Below are positions 53,231 through 62,853 of a stretch of DNA of 64,000 nucleotides, in pieces (position 1 is the first letter of the stretch; each line of letters begins with the position of its first letter). Source of the stretch: Paludibacter sp. (GTDB taxonomy: Bacteria > Bacteroidota > Bacteroidia > Bacteroidales > Paludibacteraceae). The translations under genes were made by a program, and so were the position numbers. The stretch spans positions 143,990 to 207,989 of the forward strand of contig NZ_WASO01000009.1 of assembly GCF_009712605.1 (NCBI RefSeq), given 5' to 3'. Below the pieces are notes generated by a model. That model had not been told where the DNA came from. It ran no database searches and was given only the letters and a program-made list of their open reading frames with translations.

Positions 53231-54100
53231 TCAGGCAAAAACGGCTTCAACTTCGGCAGGAACCGTTTGATAATGCAACACGCTCCAGTTCCCCTGAGCA
53301 TCTTCTACCAATGCCGAAAGACTTTCCACCCAATCGCCGGAATTCAGGTAATGAATGTCACCATAATAACAATTTGCCGGAGAGTGAATATGCCCGCATA
53401 TCACGCCGCTGCAATGTTTGTGCTTAGTAAGCCTGACCAGCTCTTTTTCAAAGTCTGATATATAAGAAACAGCACTCTTAACTTTTTGTTTCATGTGCTG
53501 AGCGAGTGAAAAATATGGTTTTCCCCGCTTTATTCTGAAATAATTGTATATGCGATTCAGATTCAAAAGAAAATTATAGCCGACATCTCCAATCATCGCC
53601 AACCAACGCATATTTACAGTAATATTATCAAAGACATCACCATGCAGTACAAAATAGCGCTTGCCATTCGACTCCAGCATATAATCTTTCACCACCTGAA
53701 TATTAGGAAACGCGAAAGGCACAATCTTATCCAGAAAATCGTCATGATTCCCCCTGACATATACCACATCGGTTTGTTCTTTGACAATTTTAGATATGAT
53801 TTTCTTTATAAATTGCGTGTTCTTTTCGCTCCAGTATTTTTGCGATTTACGCAATTGCCAACCATCAATAATATCTCCATTGAGAATTAGCTTTTCGCAT
53901 GAAAATGAAGAGAGGAATCCCAGCACCTCGTGTACTTTACTATGTTTAGACCCCAAGTGAATATCTGAAAGTACAATAGTGCGATATCTGGTTTGCGAAA
54001 CAATTTCTCCGCATCCATTAATCATTTGAAAGTCTTTGTTTAATTCCAAAACCTGAATAATTTTACGATTAACATCATTCAACACATTGACTATCAACAC
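53231..54100 (-). CDS. UDP-2,3-diacylglucosamine diphosphatase-like metallophosphoesterase (LpxH family)
   Basis: IVLSDIHLG, NGDIIDGW and GNHD are calcineurin-like phosphoesterase motifs. Confidence 0.6.
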   Translation of the reverse strand: MLIVNVLNDVNRKIIQVLELNKDFQMINGCGEIVSQTRYRTIVLSDIHLGSKHSKVHEVLGFLSSFSCEKLILNGDIIDGWQLRKSQKYWSEKNTQFIKKIISKIVKEQTDVVYVRGNHDDFLDKIVPFAFPNIQVVKDYMLESNGKRYFVLHGDVFDNITVNMRWLAMIGDVGYNFLLNLNRIYNYFRIKRGKPYFSLAQHMKQKVKSAVSYISDFEKELVRLTKHKHCSGVICGHIHSPANCYYGDIHYLNSGDWVESLSALVEDAQGNWSVLHYQTVPAEVEAVFA

Positions 54101-54321
54101 AAATCAATAGTGTTGATTACAAATTAAAAATAGACTTTACTCATTGCGATTTTATTACGGCAATATTACCTTTATGTTATCATGAAAAGAGAGTATAGAG
54201 GGAGTATAGAGGAATTGTACCGCTTTGCAAGATCCCACGATACATAAAGATCAATGTGAATACGGAACCAATAGAAGATTAATCCGAACAAGTTTTTTTC
54301 TTTTAGTTTTCGGAGAAACTA

Positions 54322-54352
54322 TTTGCGAAAAAGAAAAAAGATATTACCTTTG
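54322..54352 (+). promoter_or_regulatory. Putative tRNA promoter: -33 TTTG (54322-54325) and -7 TACCTTTG (54345-54352)
   Basis: It matches the consensus with a 19-bp spacer and lies 14 bp upstream of the tRNA 5' end. Confidence 0.45.
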
Positions 54353-54365
54353 CACCACAATTGAG

Positions 54366-54441
54366 CGGGGTGTAGCTCAGCCCGGTTTAGAGTACGCGTC
54401 TGGGGGGCGTGTGGTCGCAAGTTCGAATCTTGTCACCCCGA
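54366..54441 (+). tRNA. tRNA-Pro (anticodon GGG)
   Basis: Cloverleaf: acceptor CGGGGTG/CACCCCG, anticodon arm CGCGT-CTGGGGG-GCGTG, T-arm GCAAGTTCGAATCTTGT. Confidence 0.55.
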
Positions 54442-54487
54442 CTTAAAACCTTCAAATACCGCCTTTTATGGGCGGTATTTTTGTCTT

Positions 54488-54562
54488 GAGATATTAGCTC
54501 AGCTGGTTTAGAGCGCTTGCTTGACAGGCAAGAGGTCACTGGTTCGAATCCAGTATGTCTCA
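54488..54562 (+). tRNA. tRNA-Val (anticodon GAC)
   Basis: Cloverleaf: acceptor GAGATAT/ATGTCTC, anticodon arm CTTGC-TTGACAG-GCAAG, T-arm CACTGGTTCGAATCCAGTA. Confidence 0.8.
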
Positions 54563-54569
54563 CACAAAA

Positions 54570-54606
54570 AAGCCACTTACAAAGAATTTTGCAAGTGGCT
54601 TTTTTG
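54570..54606 (+). terminator. Intrinsic terminator after the tRNA pair
   Basis: AAGCCACTTAC...GCAAGTGGCTT hairpin followed by TTTTTGT. Confidence 0.5.
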
Positions 54607-54620
54607 TATACTGTTCTATT

Positions 54621-55109
54621 TTATTCTTTCTCTGATCCTACAACTTTAGTCAGCCTTTTATCAAAGAAAAACTTATATGTGACCATTCCTTGTGACGGAG
54701 TTTGGAAAGTATGCGACATTTTCCATCCGACATACTGTCCTTTGAAAGCTTTTGCATAAATATCAGCCTGCGTTTTGAGCAATGCAGAAGAATCTTCGTA
54801 TTGCTTTACTTTCTCTTGCACAGCTTCCTGTTCTTTTGATGTAGGAGCCAAAATAGCATTACCTGTTTCTGTCACAAATAAGTTATGATAATATTCTGCT
54901 TTTCGTGCAAGATCTACATAACCTGAATCAGTTTTATAAGAAGAGAATAAAGAATCAAGGCTTCCAAAACTAATAGGATGATAGCTTTTATAGTCACTTA
55001 ACGTGTGCGATAACTCTTCATCAATCAACTTCTGCGCTGTTTCTTTATTATTACCACACGATGACAAAACAGCAACAACCACTACAAATAAAAAGAGTCG
55101 TTTCATCAT
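54621..55109 (-). CDS. Hypothetical lipoprotein
   Basis: A lipobox VLSSCG is present. No recognisable domain was found. Confidence 0.4.
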   Translation of the reverse strand: MMKRLFLFVVVVAVLSSCGNNKETAQKLIDEELSHTLSDYKSYHPISFGSLDSLFSSYKTDSGYVDLARKAEYYHNLFVTETGNAILAPTSKEQEAVQEKVKQYEDSSALLKTQADIYAKAFKGQYVGWKMSHTFQTPSQGMVTYKFFFDKRLTKVVGSEKE

Positions 55110-55292
55110 AAATTCAGATTTAACGCGCTTGAAAACTGCGATTCAAACACTCATTGTAAATCGCAAAGATACAATGATTCTATCGATTCGTCTGCTTGAA
55201 AAGCGGAAAATATTGTTGTTCAAGCAAAAATAAATATAACGACTTGCGTTCAACGGGGAAACTCTTCACAAACAATTCATCACAAATAACTA

Positions 55293-57200
55293 CTAATCAG
55301 CCTTCAAAACAATCTGCGCAGAGAATGCATTATTTATTGCCACCATAAAATCTTTCATTTCATTATTCATATTGGCTGGATAAGTACCTCGCTTAATGTT
55401 TATCTTTTGAACTATCATCAACTTACCATCGTGTTGTTGAATAGTAGAATGGAAACTTCCAAATGTTTTTTTCAAAGACACGTTTGACGGACAAGACTCA
55501 ATCCGTACTCCTTCGGGCAGTGCAATTTGAATAGTATCAACTTCCAAACCTCCATTCTCAAAAACGAATGGATATTTCCGGTTTCTTTTTGAAAATAATT
55601 TCATACTATTCTTCAAAGGATTGACGGGACAAAACAGGCGTGTACCGGATTTAGCCGCATACGTTTCTGAATTCAACTTATATTTTACAGTCATCCGTGG
55701 GAGCTCGTCTCTTTTTTCCACACATGAGATGTCAGATATTGTCATATTCGGCAAGTGAAAATCAGCTTTGATATCTTTGACACGTTCGTCATTATTCATA
55801 TTTTTCTCAAAATCGAGCATCCCTCTAAATTCATGCATCTCATATCCGCACTGTACATTCGCCTTCATCATACCGTTCTTATATACACTCACTTGCAAAT
55901 ATTTATGCGTATAAGACAAAGTATCCGCATATTGAGGTAGTTTATATAATTTACCTCCCTCTGGTGTGACCAAAAGAGCATTATGCCCTGCAATATTATC
56001 ATGCACATACCCAAAAGGAGTATACTGACTTGTACATTCCAACGGTATTGTATCCGTTTTAAAAGGCACTGTAAGAATGGCATGATTAAACTGTGCGGGA
56101 GTTGCAAATTCTTTTATAAACTGCTTCTTATCTCCGCTATAGATTATCGTAAAATAAGATTCGATACCTACGGCTTTCAACATTGCCCTCAAATAGTTGC
56201 TTAAACCTTTGCAATCACCGAATCCTGTTTGATGAACACTGGATGCTGCAATAGGCTGCCAGCCACCGACACCTAACTGTATACTCACATAACGAGTGGA
56301 TTTTTGCAAAAATCCATAGATTTTTTTCACCTTTTCTTTATCTGAAGTCAGTCCAGAAACCATACCTTTAAGTTTTTCAACAAATTGATCAGGTAAAACA
56401 TCTCTGTCTTTGATAAGATTCCATTCAAATTTACCGACATCATTCCATGAATTCAATGAACCTGTGAACTTATCATAAGCAAACTCACACGGTTTTATCA
56501 TCATCAAAGGCACAAAGCTATCTATACCTGCCATTACAGGCTCTTCATCAATAGCTTTAAATCCCACGGACTCCCACCGGCACACATCGGACCCGTCTTT
56601 GCTTGTCTTCACTGCCTCTTTTGAGAAATTACGTGTAAAGACATTATATTCAACTCCTTTTGGAATTTGCAAAACATACTCCGCATTCTGCAAAGATTGA
56701 TTATAATTATGTACCGGAGCAAAAACAGGAAACATTACAATCCCGTTTTTAAATTTAATCTCATACTCATATTTGATAGTATATGGGTAATTGGGCTGAC
56801 TGTAACTATATATGTTTTTAATTTCATCAGATGCTACTTCCTGAGAAAATGAAGATGTAATCAAGTCTGCATTCCGTATTTTTTTCACCAACTTTCCATT
56901 TGCATCGTATACTTCTCCTGAAAACTTTTTAAGTTCCCAAAATTGACCTGTTCCTTCAAAAAAATCCGCTTCATCTTTTCCTTTTTCATCCAGTATCGTT
57001 ACAACACGAACCACTTTTTGCAATCCATTATGTTGATCATAATACTCGAAGTGCGTAGATTCATACCGAACAACTGAATATGCATCCGTTTTTAATGAAT
57101 CCGGAATCTGACTAACCGGGTAATTCAGAGTTTCTGCCCCGGCGACAGAAACAGAAACTCCAAACAAAAAGGCTATTACAACAAAATACGACTTCCACAT
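55293..57200 (-). CDS. DUF3857 + transglutaminase-like domain protein
   Basis: A signal peptide is present. GFGDCKGLSNYLRAMLKAVGIESYF is the transglutaminase-like Cys core. The start is trimmed to MWKSYFVV. Confidence 0.6.
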   Translation of the reverse strand: MWKSYFVVIAFLFGVSVSVAGAETLNYPVSQIPDSLKTDAYSVVRYESTHFEYYDQHNGLQKVVRVVTILDEKGKDEADFFEGTGQFWELKKFSGEVYDANGKLVKKIRNADLITSSFSQEVASDEIKNIYSYSQPNYPYTIKYEYEIKFKNGIVMFPVFAPVHNYNQSLQNAEYVLQIPKGVEYNVFTRNFSKEAVKTSKDGSDVCRWESVGFKAIDEEPVMAGIDSFVPLMMIKPCEFAYDKFTGSLNSWNDVGKFEWNLIKDRDVLPDQFVEKLKGMVSGLTSDKEKVKKIYGFLQKSTRYVSIQLGVGGWQPIAASSVHQTGFGDCKGLSNYLRAMLKAVGIESYFTIIYSGDKKQFIKEFATPAQFNHAILTVPFKTDTIPLECTSQYTPFGYVHDNIAGHNALLVTPEGGKLYKLPQYADTLSYTHKYLQVSVYKNGMMKANVQCGYEMHEFRGMLDFEKNMNNDERVKDIKADFHLPNMTISDISCVEKRDELPRMTVKYKLNSETYAAKSGTRLFCPVNPLKNSMKLFSKRNRKYPFVFENGGLEVDTIQIALPEGVRIESCPSNVSLKKTFGSFHSTIQQHDGKLMIVQKINIKRGTYPANMNNEMKDFMVAINNAFSAQIVLKAD

Positions 57201-57211
57201 ACAACCCATTA

Positions 57212-59188
57212 TTACAAATTGATTTTTTTCAAGACTACCTGCTCGTTGTTTTTTGCCACAATATGAGACCAAAAATCTTTAAGGTTCACGTACTCGTTTG
57301 TAGGATAAAGAGTCTGATTAAATGTAAGAGAAGATACGAGCTGTATTGATTCTCCCGCATTCTGTACCAGATAACTGTACAACGCGTCTTTGTCGTTAAT
57401 TGCTACCTTTTCCGATTTGGGCATTTCTTCAACCGCAAAACCAGTTGGGACAACAATAGATATGGCATTTCTGACTGTCCGTGGATATGACAGCTCTACC
57501 GGCAATTCTCTTTTATCGGCTGTAAATGGGTTGGATTTTTCCTGGAATAGAGTTAACAGATTAACATAAAGCTTCGAATCTGCAAGAGAAGCTGCCTTGT
57601 TAAAAGTAAATTTCTCAAAAATGGGTTTATTTATACTATCAAGCCCGACAATTTCGTAATTATCAATATTCACCCCATATTTATTCTGTAAAGATTCAAT
57701 CCATTCATCTCTGTTTTTATACTTTTTATACTGTTCCCGAAAATCATAAGCCAGCTGATTGGTTTTTAACGACGAGACCTCAACAATCATCTTATCGTTT
57801 TCAAATTTAATCAGTGAAACGTTTCTCTCCGAACTGGAGTTAATATGAGACAAATTGACCCAATCTGACAAATTACTTTCCACACCTCTGAATGAACGAG
57901 CCATGTCCACCAAATATTCATCATCCAACACATTTATCGGAGCATTTTTTCGGGACACGTCCATAAAATATTTATTATCATCCACATCTACCCCAACCAC
58001 AAAATAATTAATACTATTGATTGAAGGATTAGCTCTCGGAAGCCTACCTTCACTCCTACTGCTCATAACTATCGGATAGGCATCAAATCCGGCATCCTTA
58101 AGGATATTAATTAAAATAAAATTCATATCAGCACTATTGCCGACGCCATCTTTCAAAGCTTTCTTCAGAGACGCATTATATACCGACGTTTTTTCATTCC
58201 ACTTCACTTTCGATTTGACTAATTCATATAATGCCTGTATTTTTTCGACATTCGTCATTTTTGAGTCTTTAATTGCTTTCACTTCCTCTTTCAGCAAACC
58301 CGATTTCTTAAGATTGCCACCAAAGTCACTATCATCCATCAATTGTTTTTCAACATCTTTCCAGCTATACGCAAATGATTTATAGACTGCACCAGGTATT
58401 TGCACCCCTGATATTTCAAAAGAGACAGAAGTGATATAATCATTCATATAAGCAACAAACTTATCTTTTTTAAGAGCCGGAAGGTTCTTTGCTTTCAGCA
58501 AAATATGCTGACTGGCACATGTTAAAGTGCCGCCATTTAGTAGCAAGGTTTGATTTTCCGGTTCCCGAATAGTTTCCAGTGGGCAATATCCTCTGGTATT
58601 GATATTAAACGAAAAATATTCAGGAATCAACACATCATAAATACTTTGGCAAACAGGAATCTCTCTTTGAAAGCGCCAAGAGCGAATACTCCCCTCAAAA
58701 TCGGACATAACAGTATACTTATATTCAATTAATGTCCCTGCCTTTACATTCGGCAACGTAATTTTTTTCTGGAAAACTTTTTCTTTAATATTCTCGGTGA
58801 AGATATATTCTTTTGATAATCTTGTCTTTTCAACCTTTCCACCTACATAATTATAAGAATAACCGTCAATACTTTGCACAGTTTCCCTGCTGTTAGGCCC
58901 GTAATCTTCATATCGAATTTTTATATTTGCACAATCAGCTCCTTCCGGCTTGAGGATTTTTATTTTGGCATAAACATCAAAACACACTTGAAGATTATTA
59001 TTATTCACCTGATAATAAGTACTCCCTTTTTCGTAAAGAACAACAGCCACAGCACTCGTATCTGCGGCAAAGGAACTCATCTTCACTTCTTCTTCTGATA
59101 CTTTACCAAATTTATTGGTATCTTTTTCTGCTGCTAGCATAAACACATAAGATAAACAGCAGACCAGGCACACGAAAATTTTCTTCAT
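57212..59188 (-). CDS. Paralogous DUF3857/DUF3858-type protein with a degenerate transglutaminase-like core
   Basis: It has the same architecture. GVGNSADMNFILINILKDAGFDAY has Ser in place of the catalytic Cys. Confidence 0.5.
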   Translation of the reverse strand: MKKIFVCLVCCLSYVFMLAAEKDTNKFGKVSEEEVKMSSFAADTSAVAVVLYEKGSTYYQVNNNNLQVCFDVYAKIKILKPEGADCANIKIRYEDYGPNSRETVQSIDGYSYNYVGGKVEKTRLSKEYIFTENIKEKVFQKKITLPNVKAGTLIEYKYTVMSDFEGSIRSWRFQREIPVCQSIYDVLIPEYFSFNINTRGYCPLETIREPENQTLLLNGGTLTCASQHILLKAKNLPALKKDKFVAYMNDYITSVSFEISGVQIPGAVYKSFAYSWKDVEKQLMDDSDFGGNLKKSGLLKEEVKAIKDSKMTNVEKIQALYELVKSKVKWNEKTSVYNASLKKALKDGVGNSADMNFILINILKDAGFDAYPIVMSSRSEGRLPRANPSINSINYFVVGVDVDDNKYFMDVSRKNAPINVLDDEYLVDMARSFRGVESNLSDWVNLSHINSSSERNVSLIKFENDKMIVEVSSLKTNQLAYDFREQYKKYKNRDEWIESLQNKYGVNIDNYEIVGLDSINKPIFEKFTFNKAASLADSKLYVNLLTLFQEKSNPFTADKRELPVELSYPRTVRNAISIVVPTGFAVEEMPKSEKVAINDKDALYSYLVQNAGESIQLVSSLTFNQTLYPTNEYVNLKDFWSHIVAKNNEQVVLKKINL

Positions 59189-59407
59189 CTTAGCATGTTT
59201 TTAATTAGTATGTAAATTCAAGGTTATTCTTGTAAATAAAATTAAATATCTATTTTACAGGATTTTAAATATAAAAAGCAAAAACACTGAGTATTAAATT
59301 TTATCGGGATAAATATACTATATTTTTTATAATTAAAACTATATAAACAAATTTTTCCTAATTAACCTTGTAATGTATTTTCAAAGCAACAGCAACAGGC
59401 ACAAAAA

Positions 59408-59453
59408 AAAGGAGTCATTTATTATTACAACAAATGACTCCTTCAACAAAAAA
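59408..59453 (-). terminator. Intrinsic terminator downstream of apgM
   Basis: A 12-bp stem AAGGAGTCATTT / AAATGACTCCTT is followed, on the minus strand, by a T-run. Confidence 0.5.
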
Positions 59454-59465
59454 AGCAGATATCTA

Positions 59466-60677
59466 TCAGTTCAACAATATTTGCATAAATTCCTGACTTT
59501 GCAGCATTCCGTACGAACCTTTTTGCGCTTCAAACTCATCATAAATCAACACGGAATCAGACTGTTGCCCCGGACGATAAATCACGAACGGCACCGGATT
59601 TGCAGTATGGGTTCTTATACTGCACGGCGTAGGATGATCTGGCAGTATAGCAATTGTGACCGGCTCTTCCCACTTGGAAACTTCGTCAAATATTGGCTTC
59701 ACCACCCTGCTATCCAAATATTCTATGGTTTTCACCTTCAAAGCCACATCTCCTTCATGGCCGGCTTCATCGCTTGCTTCGATATGAAGATAGACAAAAT
59801 CATCAGTGCGTAATGCGTCAATAGCAGCCTGCGCCTTACCTTCGTAATTAGTATTATAAAGTCCGGTAGCACCTTCCACGACAATAGGCCGTAATCCGGC
59901 ATACACACCAATACCCTTAATGAGGTCTACAGCAGAAATAACCGCCCCACTTTTCACTCCAAACAACTGATTTATAGTTTTCATCTGAGGGCGATAACCG
60001 GGAGACCATAACCATATACTATTCGCAGGATCTTTACCCGCTGCCTTTCTTCTAATATTCACCAGATGATTTTCCAGTAGCTGTTGAGATTTCAATGTTA
60101 GCTCATTCAATCTTGTTGCGGTTGCTTCAGCTTCGGCTGCCAATGCTTTTATCATTACATTCGCAAAAGGAGTTCCCGGTACGTCGTGCGGAGGTGTACA
60201 TTCGAGATGTTTATTTCCACCTTTCATCTTCAACAAATGGCGATAAGAAACCCCGGGAAAGAATCTGACAACTTCATCGCTAAGCTCTTTATTCAAAAAC
60301 TCAATCAGTTCGGAAGCCTCTTCGTTTGAAATATGGCCTGCCGAGTGGTTTTTTATTTTTCCATTCTCAATGCAAATTAAATTACATCGCATAGCCATTT
60401 CTCCATCTTCAATATCAATGCCCATACTGGCAGCCTCCAAAGAACCTCTTCCTTCAAATACCTTCGGAACATCGTAGCCTAATACAGCCAGATTTGCTAT
60501 TTCGCTACCGGGAGTAAAACCTTCCGGAATAGTCTTCAGCATACCCGAGCAACCCAATGCTGCGAGCTTGTCAATATTCGGTTTGTTAGCCGCCTGCAAC
60601 GGAGTTTTTCCTCCGAGTTCAGCAATCGGCTCATCGGCCATACCATCACCGAGAATTATAATATATTTCATTTGCAA
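59466..60677 (-). CDS. apgM: Cofactor-independent phosphoglycerate mutase, archaeal-type (ApgM / phosphonopyruvate decarboxylase-related)
   Basis: KYIIILGDGMADEP, CNLIC and HIEASDEAGHEGD match alkaline-phosphatase-superfamily metal ligands. Confidence 0.7.
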   Translation of the reverse strand: MQMKYIIILGDGMADEPIAELGGKTPLQAANKPNIDKLAALGCSGMLKTIPEGFTPGSEIANLAVLGYDVPKVFEGRGSLEAASMGIDIEDGEMAMRCNLICIENGKIKNHSAGHISNEEASELIEFLNKELSDEVVRFFPGVSYRHLLKMKGGNKHLECTPPHDVPGTPFANVMIKALAAEAEATATRLNELTLKSQQLLENHLVNIRRKAAGKDPANSIWLWSPGYRPQMKTINQLFGVKSGAVISAVDLIKGIGVYAGLRPIVVEGATGLYNTNYEGKAQAAIDALRTDDFVYLHIEASDEAGHEGDVALKVKTIEYLDSRVVKPIFDEVSKWEEPVTIAILPDHPTPCSIRTHTANPVPFVIYRPGQQSDSVLIYDEFEAQKGSYGMLQSQEFMQILLN

Positions 60678-60912
60678 ATAGTTTTAGTTTAGAAGGACAT
60701 GTGGAACAAAATGTTGCTAAAAGTTACATTCTCATCAATCAGAGTTCGAAGCAACATGTTCATTTCATTCTGTGATATTTCAACCAAAAAATATTACAGA
60801 TAGCTATTTTTACCCCTCGTATTTTTAAAAAACAACTCTTTTTTGTACCACAAAGATACAAAAAAGAGTTATGCCTGACTGCCCCAAATTGCAGCCTTTC
60901 GAATTTTATCAG

Positions 60913-62643
60913 TCAATACATCAGGTACGCTTTCAAATAGCCAACATGGAATGAGCGGGTCTTTCGATTATAATCACCAGATACAGAAAGAATAATGATT
61001 CTATAATTTGGTCCATTCAACGTCATTTCATCTTTAGTGTATTTATTTCGTTTTTCCGTTCCGGCATTCACAAACTGCTGTAGTTTGGATTCCAGCGAAA
61101 TCGTTATTTGTTTGGACGGCTGAGTTTTGGTTTGAACAGAAACAACCGCACCTTTAACTTGCAAAACAACATTCTCATCCTCATATGGATTATCCGGAGT
61201 GAACGACTTATTAATTGCTACTATTGTTGAATACGGTGCAACCTTGGCAGACCATGTACCCTCTCGCTGCCAGGCATCAAACGATTGAATAGTTTTGGAG
61301 CTCGTTTCCTGCATTCCGAAACGATTAATTATTTCCCGCGAACTCATTTTCCCAACCGGAGATGCAAACAAATATTGTAAGCTTTCATTTCCATATGTCT
61401 CAACAAGATAATTTGTAATTTCAGCTATTCTGTTTCGCGAAATTGAATCTACAGCCATAACCGGAATCGTCATTTTTACCGTTCCTCCTTTTTCCAACAA
61501 ATGCAAACCAGATAAACGATTTTTCAATTCTTTCTGTAAGCTATGTTTCGTAACATTTCCAATACTCCATGGACCTACCGATGATAGAAATGCAACCAAA
61601 GCAAACGACACCACAATCCACTTAATATATTTTGATTGCACTATAAACAACCAGATACTCACTCCAAACAGCCACAAATTCAGCAGCAAGACATAGAGAC
61701 GATTGATTGTCGTGCCGTAATCATCCAATCTTCTTACTATGGCAATAAACATCAGCACCAACAAAGGAAGAAGAACCAAGGGGAAATACTTAGCCTGCCA
61801 CACCACGATCTTGTTTTCCCCGCGGACACGAAGCGGATAAAGAATGATTATTGTAAGTAAACCTCCGATTCCAAGTGCAGACACCAACGTAGAAACCCAA
61901 CCGTTGGGCAATTCCCACTTAGCAATAATCTGAAACATGTACACATACAAAATCGACAAATAGATACAAAGGATAGGCAACAGGATATATAGTCCCAGGA
62001 TTTTAAGCACCTTATTAAATTGAACATGATTATCAAATTTATCGTCTGCATAAGGAATAGACGCCAACCAATAAACCGGAGCAAAAATAACAAAACAAAA
62101 AACATTAAGGTATCCGTAGACTTTTTCGTTTATAACGACATGAAATAATTTATCGAGAGACAACAGCGCCAAGCCCAATCCTCCCATCAATACTGATGCA
62201 AAAAGATACGTTACCAGCAACAGTACAATAATATTATACACAAAGTTCCAAAATGGAATTTCACGGGCTTTTTTCAGGAATGCAATAAAAAATATGGATA
62301 ATGCAAAAGAGACAGAGATAACAACAACCTGATAAATATGAACCGCCTGCAAGTGTTTCGGCAAGGTTAAACAGTAAACAAGCCAGATTACCACAACAAG
62401 AATCTCCACAGAAATAGCCATAAGTTTATTCCGCATCTCCTCACATAGCAGTGTAGTAGCAATAGACAAGAAGATTCCCCCCAAAAACAAAGGCCACATA
62501 AATTCGCTGATTTCCACCTTATAGTCATGTATTTTCAACACAAACAACACACTTGTTCCTAAAACAAGCAATAATGACAATGGAAAGCGGACTAATACCA
62601 GCTTAAGCTTTTCGTTCCAGTTCTTAAAAAGATAGAGTTTCAT
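60913..62643 (-). CDS. Polytopic membrane protein (DUF4153-like) with a C-terminal soluble domain
   Basis: About 10 hydrophobic helices in the first 360 aa are followed by a ~200-aa hydrophilic tail. Confidence 0.4.
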   Translation of the reverse strand: MKLYLFKNWNEKLKLVLVRFPLSLLLVLGTSVLFVLKIHDYKVEISEFMWPLFLGGIFLSIATTLLCEEMRNKLMAISVEILVVVIWLVYCLTLPKHLQAVHIYQVVVISVSFALSIFFIAFLKKAREIPFWNFVYNIIVLLLVTYLFASVLMGGLGLALLSLDKLFHVVINEKVYGYLNVFCFVIFAPVYWLASIPYADDKFDNHVQFNKVLKILGLYILLPILCIYLSILYVYMFQIIAKWELPNGWVSTLVSALGIGGLLTIIILYPLRVRGENKIVVWQAKYFPLVLLPLLVLMFIAIVRRLDDYGTTINRLYVLLLNLWLFGVSIWLFIVQSKYIKWIVVSFALVAFLSSVGPWSIGNVTKHSLQKELKNRLSGLHLLEKGGTVKMTIPVMAVDSISRNRIAEITNYLVETYGNESLQYLFASPVGKMSSREIINRFGMQETSSKTIQSFDAWQREGTWSAKVAPYSTIVAINKSFTPDNPYEDENVVLQVKGAVVSVQTKTQPSKQITISLESKLQQFVNAGTEKRNKYTKDEMTLNGPNYRIIILSVSGDYNRKTRSFHVGYLKAYLMY

Positions 62644-62853
62644 AGTCTGGCAGGTTTAATATAGGTACTAAGACAGAATTTGCACATCAAAGCTAAATAA
62701 ACAACTGACTTCAAAGATACTACCAAGAGTAACAAATCCGCAAACACAAAATCATTTTACCAATAAACAAACACATATTTTTCAAATTAAACAAAATCTG
62801 CTAACTTTGAATCACTACACAAAGAGAAAAATCTAAACATAAATTACTTACGG

